A DNA stretch of 60,495 nt, the filler included, from Sphacelaria rigidula (lineage: Eukaryota), in the NCBI GenBank assembly GCA_964200075.2. It is 6 parts of 6 records of this genome, joined end to end, with 100 filler letters (N's around TTAATTAATTAA, not from the genome) between each part and the next. Parts side by side here need not be neighbours in the genome. Positions count along the whole stretch, not along the records: positions 50,499 to 60,495 come from CAXNAA020007342.1; 5 more parts are not named here. One strand, 5' to 3'. Below the pieces are notes generated by a model. It did not search any database, was not told where the DNA came from, and saw nothing but the letters and a program-made list of their open reading frames with translations. Position numbers and translations under genes: made by a program. Of this stretch, positions 51,136 through 60,495 are shown one piece after another (positions within the stretch are counted from its first letter, which is position 1; the number at the start of each line of letters is the position of its first letter).

Positions 51136-51730
51136 AAAATATTGCCTCCACCGCTGACGGCAAGCGCAAAACATCGCCAGCGGCGAAAACGAATTATCGC
51201 GCACGCCCAGGGTAGCTACTGGCAACCAATCATAAGAGTCTACGACCGTCACGTCGTCGCCACGAAGGTCCACGCTGCCACCGGCGGGTGATGAGGATGA
51301 GGGGGTGTGTACAACATGGAGCCATTGTTGTGTCAGTTGGTATTCGCGTGTTTGTCCAGCCCTTTCCGCGGCTGGTGTCTCTCGGAGTGGTTCATCTGGG
51401 TCTTGCACTTCATTATTTTCAATGGAAAATGACTGATGAAATCAACAGATGTTTCACCCCCTTACGGTCTTCTTGTTTCTGAGCTGAACCCCTAACATGG
51501 TGGCCATACTACTCTCCTTGTGTCACCTGTCTTTTCCTGGTTCTTGTTCTTTATTATCTTCTTTCTTCCTTTCTTTCGGTTTACACTTCTGACAGATCTG
51601 GTGTTTGTTGTTTGTTTGTTTGTTTTTTCTTTCTTTCTTTTCTCTCCCCATTGAACTCGGGGGAGCTACTTCTCACCGGTTTTCGTGGCGTCCCTCTTCT
51701 TCTATATTTTTTATTTTGGTAATGTGTCTG

Positions 51731-51890
51731 GTGAGGAATAGCAGGGACGGTATTGGAAAGGTGAGCCTACGTCTGTGACCACGGCTTCGCGAGATTGGAT
51801 TAATGTGCAGAAATAATAATAATGATAATGATAATGATGATAATAATAATCATGATCATAATAATCATAATCATAATCATAATAATAATG

Positions 51891-51931
<41 letters not shown>

Positions 51932-52363
51932 CAGTATAATAATATAAATAACAATGATAATAATAATCAGAATAATAATAATAATAATCAGAATAATAAT
52001 AATCAGAATCAGAATCAGAATCAGAATCAGAATAATCATAATAATAATAATAATCATTATCATCATCATCATCATAATCATAATAATCATCATGATAATA
52101 ATAATCATCATCATAATAATAATAATCATCATGATCATTATAATCATCATAATCATAATCATAATAATCATAATCATCATAATAATCATCATAATCATCA
52201 TAATAATAATAATCATATTAATAATAATAATCATATTAGTAATAGTAATCATAATCATATTAGTAATAGTAATCATAATCATAATCATAATTATAATCAT
52301 AATCATAATCATAATCATAATAATCATAATAATTATCATAACAGTAATCATAATCATAATAAT
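51731..52363 (+). repeat. Repeat 3' end followed by a ~550-bp compound (AAT/CAT/GAT/AATCAG)n microsatellite
   Basis: A ~80-nt head aggaatagcagggacggtattgga...gagattggattaatgtgcagaa runs directly into the array. The same head is at 49762. Confidence 0.9.
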
Positions 52364-53187
52364 AGTCCTATATATGCATCGATGGGAAATTTGTTTCATC
52401 ACTAATCTTGTCTCGGGTACGCCATTATCATGATGTGTGACCACGGCTTGATCCCTGGGGGGTCTGTCTCCGGAGGGTCAGTGAAAGTTTGACAATCAAT
52501 CAAAGTCAGAATAAAAAATAATGTGAGCACTTCAATATCCCCCCAACAGGTAGCGTGTGTCGGATGACATGTTTGTGACAAATGACCCAGATTAGTTGTT
52601 CATCTCGTCATCGATTTCACATATCTCATCATGTGACCACGCTGCGGCTGGATCCCACGGGGATCAGCGAGAGTTGTTATTTATAATATAGTAGTTGCTG
52701 CGACCCTTGTGATAAACACTCAAGCAATCTGATCTTGGTTCTTCCCGGTCTGCCGGGTCGCGCGTGCTTCGTTTTACATTTACATTTCAACCCTTGAAAA
52801 ATTGGGACAGAAACTAGTGGGTACGCCCTCAGCTGTGATGGTGCGCACGGACCAAAAAGTTAAGAAGCTCGTTCCATGTTGTGTGGAATGACGATTGGAC
52901 GTTGCTACACCGTACCGTACAGCCACCACAACAAGGCGAAACCCTTCGCTCTGTTACTATATGCTATACGGTCTGTCCGACAGGAGGATATGTGCGATGA
53001 ATCCACTAGCACACAGCGAAGTATATACGATTATTGCAATTAGTCTCGAGGGAAGACGGTACAGTTTCTGCCGGGATCGAATTTTTCTGTTCATATTCCG
53101 ATAGTCTTCAGCTGTGCCTTCCAGTCAGTGCAACAGGACTGTAGAGATACAGGATAGTTGAGCATCATAATAATGTTGTAGTGACGA

Positions 53188-53533
53188 GCCGATCGCCCCG
53201 GTGGCTAGTTGGTAACCTCGTAGCCTTCTAACAGCTGAGTAGTTGTGGGGTTCAATTCCCGGAGCGATCTGGGATTTTTCTTACACCATGCCCAACAGTG
53301 GAGAGCGACTATGTCGTGGGTAGACAAATTTCGACTTAACGGTCGACGAGGGAAAGGGAATGCTGAACCGCTCTCACGATAAAAAATGAAAGGCAAGCAC
53401 CGCAGAAGGAAGGTGGGGTACTCAAAACAAAATATGAAAGAAAAAGCTCCTGTGTTCCCTCCTGTGTGACGCCGGCTGATGCGCCCTCATATCCCGAAAG
53501 GGGTAGACTGGCGCCAAGAATAAATGGGACGAC

Positions 53534-53596
<63 letters not shown>
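53188..53596 (+). mobile_element. tRNA-derived SINE, full length, (CA)n tail
   Basis: A-box-like GGTGGCTAGTTGG, B-box GGGTTCAATTCC, body shared with the other copies, long (CA)n tail, and flanking 7-bp direct repeat AGTGACG (53180 and 53597). Confidence 0.85.
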
Positions 53597-53599
<3 letters not shown>

Positions 53600-53821
53600 G
53601 ACGCGTGTCACTCCTCCTGTGCGGTGCCATCTCACGAAAACGAACGGTTACAAATTCTGTTCACCGGAGGCGTTGAGTGCATGAAGCGGTACATGACTCA
53701 GCCTATAGTACCACCACAGTACAGGACCGCGACGAAGCTCGGCCCCCCGGGCCGGCGTTTCCACGAGCATTGCGTCTTTAGATACCCTGTTTACCCCCTA
53801 AGATAAAGGGGAAGACTGAAT

Positions 53822-56800
53822 ATGGCCGTCATGCAAGGGGTAGTACTGGCGGTGTCGCTGTCGCTGCTCACAACAGCACGCGGATTCGTGTGTGTCAGCA
53901 GCAAAGGAAGTAGCTCGGGGATTTCGCCGCATACTACCGCGACGCCAAGCTGTCATAGCAGCTCGAGACCTGCTGCTGGTGGGCGTGGAAGGTATGCTAC
54001 TTGTTTGTGTATCTTCAGCTTACTGGCGTGTTCGTTCGTGCGTTTATTTCCGGTGATGCTCTGTTGTCGAGTTATATTTGCTGCGAACCACCATAGTACA
54101 GACAGTTTTAGTACACAACAGTACAGTACAGTCGGCAGATGTGAAAATGTCGCCCAGACCGAAACAGATCACAACGGTTGTGCTGACAGCGCATGTGCGC
54201 TACAATGGGACTCCACCCCTAGAACAAACGGCGACAGTGCAGTACAACGCAATACGATAAAGTGCCGCTGTAGGCATGTTCTATGTCAGGAGTTTTCGAA
54301 GAGCCAAACAGTCACGAGTAGTTTCCCTGCTTTCCGTCTCCGTCTTTTCGGCGGGGTCAATCGTGTGTGTGTGTGTGTGTGTGTGTGCGTGTGTGTTGTC
54401 ATCCCATCTATTCTGGGCGCCGCTCTGCACCTTTCGGTATATGTGGGCACGCCAGCCGGGGTCATACAGGAGAAAAGTCAACACGGGAGCTTTGCGGACG
54501 TGGATTTCGTAGAAATAAATAGTCAATTTTAGTAGGCACTGTGTGCAAATTTCGAACTTTCGATGTACCGAAGTATAATGTACTTCATTGTAGTAGCGGG
54601 CGAACCCCGCAACAGAAGCCAGACCTTCCACACACAGATGGGGCAAACTCAACGTGATTTCAAAGAAGCACGATTATGGCCAAGCATTCAAAATCAGGCG
54701 AAGGACTAAAACATGGGACATTTCCTACTTCACTATACCGCAGCAGGAGCACACTCGCAACCTCTCTCATGTATGGAGCTGTCACGGTACTGTGGTATGT
54801 GCTCACGCATTGCGAAGACGCTTTGGATTACCTGGGCTGCGATAATGTCATTGTATTCGTCTCGGTAGAAAATAATGTCGGTCGGCAGGCAGTGCTGTCT
54901 GCACACCGTCGAAAACTCCATGATGTGCTGGCTATTTCCCTTCCGCATAACGGATAAGGCGCTGCCCGCTTCTGCAGCACTCTGTTCGTCTGGTACTGCG
55001 AGTTGGGTCAAAACATGTGGGTGCGTGATTGGCCGTGAGATTAGACCGCACGACTACTCGTACTAGGTTTTAGAATACTCTCACAGTAGTTCCGAACGAG
55101 AATGGAGCGATCTGATTGGTAGTTACCAAGTGAGACTGTCCCGCTGGCTTTCAAGACTGCCCAAATATTTTGACAGACTGAATTTGGAGCGGGACATATT
55201 TGCTGGTTAACTACCAGTCAGATCGCTCCATTTCGCTTGGGAATCGCCAGAGGAGTAGTCTAAAACCTAGTGTTCATGCGGTCTAATCTCGTAGCGCGTT
55301 CCAACGCAATACAGCATGACTGATAGTACAGGGTAGTACACTGAATACAATACAGTAGTACGGTGCAGTACAGGTCCCCAATGCACAGCACCAGCAGGAG
55401 TGTCGCAGCAACGGACGACGCGTTGTTCGTCTTACGGAAGACGGAATAGCCAACACACCTATGAAGTTTTGGAAAGTTTGCAGCCAGCACTGCGTGCCGA
55501 CTAACATTGTTTGTGCGCAGACGAACACAACGACAATGTCGCAGCTCATGCAATCCAAACCGCCTTCGCAATGCTTCACCACACCACAACAGTACAGGCA
55601 GCGGAAGCTCCAACACATGAGAGAGGGCTTGAGTTTGAATGCTGCGGTACAGAAGTGCAACAGGACATGTCCCACGTTGTAGTCCTCCATGATCTTGGAG
55701 AGGTCCTCAATTTTGAGCCAGTGCCGATTTGAACGCTCGGCCATAGTCGCGTTTCTTTCAATTCACTTGGGGTTACCCTTATCTGTGTGTGGGAGGTTTG
55801 GCTTGTGATGCGGGCTTCGCCTGCCAATTCAATTAAGCAGATTTTGTCCGGGTACATCTTCATTTCGCCCAAATCTCGTCAAGTATCAGACGAATTTCCA
55901 ATTTCCAATTTTTCCCACTTTCTCAACCATGAGAGATTGAGGGCCATTCCTAGCAGGCCCTCTTTCGTCATCTCAAACGTTTAATCTCGTCAGATCCCGG
56001 GGCCAACCTTCAGCACCAAATCGTGGCATCTCCTATCCGGCACCGGTGAATCTGCGATGACGGACTACTGTACTGTACGGTGATTCAAACGTTAGATCAT
56101 AACATGATGCCCACTTCTTCCGCGAGACTGTCAGCCAAAACAGTATACCGAAACGAGGCCCAGCGCTGAAAGAGTGAAGGGTGTATCTTGGCAATATATA
56201 TGTATATATATGTATCGATTTTGATGCCGATTTCGATGTTCAGATCTGGGTGCAGCACCGGCAGTGAATTGCTCAACAAACATACAAGATTTGGCCCGTC
56301 CACGACCGCGAACAGCTGAAAAACCGTGGCTGATTCAAGGGGTGCAAATGCTGATCAGTTCAGCGGCACTACCCAGAAAGCAGTGCTCGATAGCCCGCAC
56401 GATAGTTCTTTCTCCCTCAACCATGTAAGATGTGCTTGTTTTTTACTTCGATCCGTACTGTTCTGATATTGCGATGACACATTTTGGGAAAAACCGCACA
56501 GCACGAATGTGGCCAGAAACTGCGTACTCGAGGTGGAAAGCCTACACAGCTGTTTGTATTTGCCGTTGATGCTCGCTCGATGCGGGACCAAGTGCCCTTG
56601 ATCAAATCGCCTTGTAGTCTAGTAGAGTTAGAGTATCCATCTGTGGATGTGCTCAGGGATCTGTGAGTGATTTCGCATGCCCCGAGCTGATGGGCACAAT
56701 TTTGCACCTCGAAAGCTCGTGTCTCATGGCACGCACAGACGTCCGGGCAAGCCTGCACTTGCATCCAGGCGCGCGTTTTCGCTGTTTGTCGATCGAAATC

Positions 56801-58451
56801 GCACGGATTTCATTTCAAAGTTTTGGTGAAACCTTCCTATGGTCGTAAAAATCGGGAGCAATTTTGTTGCTCTTCGAAACAAGCCAAAATCGTAGCCCTC
56901 GAAGTGATTTTCGATCTCGATTGCGACTTTGACTTGTATTTTTTTGTTTTTGTTCCCCCAAGATAAGTCTTGAGTGAAATCCCAAACCTGGAAGAGTTAG
57001 TTTGCGTACTTCCAGCTGCGCGAAGCACTGCCGGCAATAGCCTTGTGCTGTTGTGTACTGTGCAACAGAGAGCACCTGTACCCGTAGCGCCGGTACGCAC
57101 AACTCGTGGGCACCGGTATACGCAGGTTCATGCATACCGCGATTCGTAAAATGTCACTTTCCCGCTTACAGCGTCCTGTATCTGCCAAAAGAAGCGCTCA
57201 ATATGATCTCCCTCGCGCGGGTGGATCAGTCGGGAAGATGGACGGACCTGCTGACCGCAAGTGTAGGTTCGCCCGCCGCCTCTTTTGCCCTTCCCTACTT
57301 TGTGCTGACCTCTCAGTTTCTTGAAGGTGCACTACAGTAGAATAAGAGCGTTGACGAGCAAACGTGTCGGGATCTGAGTAAAAACAAAACGCCTGTGCAA
57401 CCATGTCACGTGCGCGTCTAAGCGTGCCAAAGTGTTTTTTTCTGCACTGATATGGTTCCTCACTCTCTGAGGGTAGTCACAGTGTGGTCCGGCTACAGCC
57501 TGCAATGTGTGCAGTGCGAATGGCTGGCCATGACGTTATGCGGTATGCTGAAACAACACGCGCCGAAGGTCTCATGTGCGTGTAGCAAATATAAGTACCG
57601 AGGCGTGGAACATCCGCCCGAAACACGAAGTATTCCCCAACTGTGCGTAGTAGGTATAGGTCAGTGCGGATGGGGTTGACTCGACCGGTCAAGGATGGGG
57701 GTCACCAACACACTACCCCCCCCCCCGTCCCGTCCCGTCCCGTCCCGTCCCGCCTGCGAGGTGATAGATGAGCGATCCATGAGTCGGTGTGTAACCCGTG
57801 GCTGTCTCTGGAAGTGGCGATACCACAAAATGAAGCACCCCATTGTAGGCTGTCGTCAAGTTACCGGATAAGTAGTACGCTTCGGGCCGACAATCTTGTA
57901 GGATGCAGCTCACTCCTCGTGCCACGCGCCGAACACATCACGGCGCTTCGCACTTGGTGGTTGCGAGCCTGGTCCGGCGAATACCCGGCGTGCTCCTTCC
58001 CGGCTCTGTGGGGATTCGAGGTCAACGGTCATGTGACCACGACGCGCGAGATAATTAGTGAACACAACCCACCCCCACAGAAAATTGGCTACCATGGTTT
58101 ATTTGCGAAAACAAAAACCCAGCTCNNNNNNNNNNGCGGGCCTCGGCAGCTCTCCCGGAGGGTGGGGGGTACCACACCCCCCCCCCCCCCCCCCCATCGA
58201 CGTTTGTCCCACTGTTTTTTTCTGTGAACAGATACTCGTCCATGTCGTCTGCAGAGCGCGACGTCGTCGATTTCGAGCAACCTCAGCCTGCTGTGGCTAT
58301 GCGCATGGAAACCGCTACAGGTGGAGGTGGGGATGGCGACCTCCCCCCCGTGGTTTACGAGCAATCCGAGGCAGAAGTGGTAACGTCGTCCACATCGACC
58401 GTGTTTGTAGCTGGTGGATCCGGATTCGTTGGTGCGGAGATCTGCAGTCAG
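53822..58451 (+). CDS. Plastid-targeted NAD(P)-binding Rossmann-fold protein (epimerase/atypical SDR-like), 3'-partial. Exons: 53822-53991 and 58232-58451
   Basis: Exon 1 encodes a hydrophobic signal peptide ending TARG|FV (ASAFAP-like), then a Ser/Thr-rich transit peptide, and ends AG|gtatgc. Exon 2 follows a polypyrimidine tract and acag|A, is in phase, encodes TVFVAGGSGFVGAEICSQ (GxxGxxG) and ends CAG|gtcaga. Confidence 0.85.
54363..54490 (-). mobile_element. 3' fragment of the same SINE family with a (TG)n tract, in intron 1 of the Rossmann-fold gene
   Basis: (TG)n followed by gtcatcccatctattctgggcgcc, the reverse complement of the SINE 3' end. Confidence 0.7.
54595..55825. repeat. ~1.2-kb imperfect foldback (long inverted repeat) in intron 1 of the Rossmann-fold gene
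   Basis: The arms pair outward from a centre near 55165, e.g. ctaggttttaga/tctaaaacctag, atggagcgatctgattggtagtta/taactaccagtcagatcgctccat, gagattagaccgca/tgcggtctaatctc, ccacacacagat/atctgtgtgtgg. Confidence 0.85.
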
Positions 58452-59147
58452 GTCAGATCCGCAAAAACTAAACGACGGCATTAGGGTCCATTTCCATGGG
58501 GAAAAAATGAAGTAAGAGCTTCGATTTTGTACACGGTTGTTGCTGTTCGCGTTTTTCATACTTCTGATTCGTTGAAGGCTGATGCTGGATGCTCAGCGCC
58601 TTTTCGAACAATGCTTGAAAGAAAAAAATCTGTCTTCTTTTACTCAGAGAAACGGTATGTTGAACATGCGAAACGCAACGCACACGGTTGCCGTGAGCTG
58701 TTCGGCTTATCATGGGGCCTGGACCACACACCAGAGGTGCACAGTCATCTACTGGGCGTGTGATGCACTGGTCTCTTCCCGTGTTGTGCCGTCGTTACAT
58801 TACCATTCGAGACAAATTTTCCTTTCGATAGGAATGGCGGGTGGTTTCTGTTGATGGTGGAGGTTTCTAATCAGCCACGACCATGTTCAAATACACGACA
58901 CGGCCTTATTACATCCGACTAACTCAGTGTGTGCGTCCTGTGTGCCCCCGACGAAATTTTCGGAAGCCTTTCGACCTTTATTTTCTTCCTTGGAAGATAT
59001 TTTCATCGAAGAAGAATGAAGAAATACGAAATCCGCTCCTTTTTATTATTATTTTTGTTCCAACCGTGGTTGTTCTCATTCTCCCATAGTATCAACCCTT
59101 CCTCCCGGGTGACCTGAAAACAAATCGTAAAAAATACAAAGGACTGT

Positions 59148-59507
59148 GCCGGTCGCCCCGCCCCGGTGGCTCAGTCGGTAACTTCGAAACCTTCTGACGG
59201 TGGTGTCGTGTATTCAAATCTTGGAGCGATCTTGGATTTTTTCTAACACCATGCCCAACGGTGGAGAGCGACAGTTTCGTGGGTACACAAAATTCGACTC
59301 AACGGTCGACGAGGGAAAGTGACTGCTGAACCCCTCTCGCGATAAAAATAAAAACAAGCACCGCAGAAGGAAGGCGGGGTACTGAAAACAAAAGATAAAA
59401 GAAACTCCCGTGTTGGGTTTTCTCCTGCGTGACGCCGGTTGGTACGTTCACATATATAGAAAGGTGTAGACTGGCGTCCAGAATACATGGGACGACAGCA
59501 CACACAC
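59148..59507 (+). mobile_element. tRNA-derived SINE, full length, same family
   Basis: A-box TGGCTCAGTCGG, degenerate B-box TATTCAAATCT, collinear with 53188-53596, short (CA)n tail, flanking ACTGT duplication. Confidence 0.85.
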
Positions 59508-60044
59508 ACTGTTGAAGGAAATGTGCTATTATTTATCGAATGAAGCTGCTGAGGGGACGTACATGAGGCACGGAAATCGGAATAGCATGTTGCACAAGAT
59601 TCAAAATGTATTCACCGTAGAACCGCGAAACATTGACATTACTCTGAATATTGGTAACGTGGTGTTGACGACATTAATGGTGCGGTGTCTGATTTACGGT
59701 CATTCCCACATATGTTATTCGGCATGTTTTCTAGTGTCTTATATGGCCCCGGTGCGCCCTTTTTGTTTGACCGGTTTTTGCCGTCCGTTGACCGATGGAT
59801 TAAACGTAGCCTGATTGATTGTCGCACATCAACCGATCCCCTGGCATACTAGCCCTGCTTCACAAGATAGGCATACCAACTCGAGGTAAGATGAAGGCGG
59901 AAACACGCGCGCTACAGGAAGCTGGAGACAGGGTTGACGAAGGCAGGCAGACAGACAGAGGTAGATGACAGAGTGAACTGAAAAGTGAGAAGCGGAAAAT
60001 ATACACACTCAAGTACGTACCAAGAAACAAGACTGAGGGGTGCG

Positions 60045-60260
60045 CGCGGGGGAGGGGGGGGAACTCATTTATCGCTTGCCTTAGTCGTTTGACCACTGAC
60101 CACGCATCCCCTTCGAGACGGAGCACCGTTCCTACTCCTAATAGAGAGACACCTCCAACATTTGGATGCTCATCACGTTTCTTCCATGTATTACACAAAA
60201 ACCTTGTACATATCTCATCCCCGTCCTGTTTGGCCTGGCCACCATCTATCACTGAGGGGC
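60045..60260 (-). mobile_element. 3' end of a LINE-like family with a poly(C) tail. Further copies at 10104-10183 (+) and 50499-50581 (+)
   Basis: Shared gatgcgtggtcaatggtcaaatgaccaaggcaagcaacaaatgagt followed by poly(C). Frameshifted peptide DRWWP/AKQDGDEICTRFLCNTWKKRDEHPNVGGVS/RSRNGAPSRRGCVVSGQTTKASDK*. Confidence 0.6.
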
Positions 60261-60495
60261 AGAGGAAGTAATAACTACCGATTTTTCACAACAAAAAAAT
60301 CATCCTACAGGCTGGTTGGTTCACGGTGATCACCCAAAATTGTGTCATCAGTAAATGCCTTCCGCAATACGCATCCAATAGTCGCATACATGGTATCATA
60401 CTGACCGCAATGAAGAGACGAAGATGATGACATAGCCGGATTTTTGTTGAAGGCCGTAGCGGTGGCGCTATGGACGAAAATGTGTCTCAGCCAAT

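Noticed and set aside
51800-52444. ORFs of 159-214 aa rich in Ile/Met or Asn/His
   Set aside because: They are translations of the AAT/CAT microsatellite. The same applies to 49728-50112.
53188-53265. Functional tRNA genes at the SINE heads
   Set aside because: No convincing cloverleaf is visible, and they are attached to a repeated body with a tail and TSDs.
53992-54532. C-terminal part of the 236-aa ORF starting at 53822
   Set aside because: It runs through intron 1 and a (TG)n SINE tail. The in-phase continuation is the exon at 58232.
56350-57400. Possible decayed transposase inside intron 1 of the Rossmann-fold gene
   Set aside because: The frames are short and broken, and no catalytic motif was recognised.
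32073-58451. Functional linkage of MnSOD and the plastid Rossmann-fold gene as a redox cluster
   Set aside because: They are on different scaffolds, separated by two artificial linkers.

Overview
Repeat-rich eukaryotic DNA, most likely a brown alga (Phaeophyceae). This is inferred from long GT-AG introns, a stramenopile-type bipartite plastid presequence and TTAGGG motifs. The window is not one locus. It is six separate scaffolds of 10003, 10001, 10000, 9997, 9997 and 9997 bp, joined by an artificial 100-nt linker (N44-TTAATTAATTAA-N44). Two genes can be rebuilt from splice sites: a 5'-truncated 7-exon Mn superoxide dismutase (minus strand, 32073-40183) and the first two exons of a plastid-targeted NAD(P)-binding Rossmann-fold protein (plus strand, 53822-58451). 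A possible N-myristoylated protein starts at 42525. The rest is mobile and decayed DNA: a Ty3/gypsy gag-protease fragment, 3' ends of several LINE-like families, a tRNA-derived SINE family with target-site duplications, MITEs, a ~1.2-kb intronic foldback and microsatellites. The least explained stretch is 20.7-28.6 kb. It holds a ~795-codon frame broken only by TAG codons, with 21-aa repeats, flanked by a palindromic 14-bp array and a ~34-bp tandem array, next to decayed orphan genes with short introns. No family could be assigned to it by eye. No CRISPR array, rRNA or intact tRNA gene was seen.
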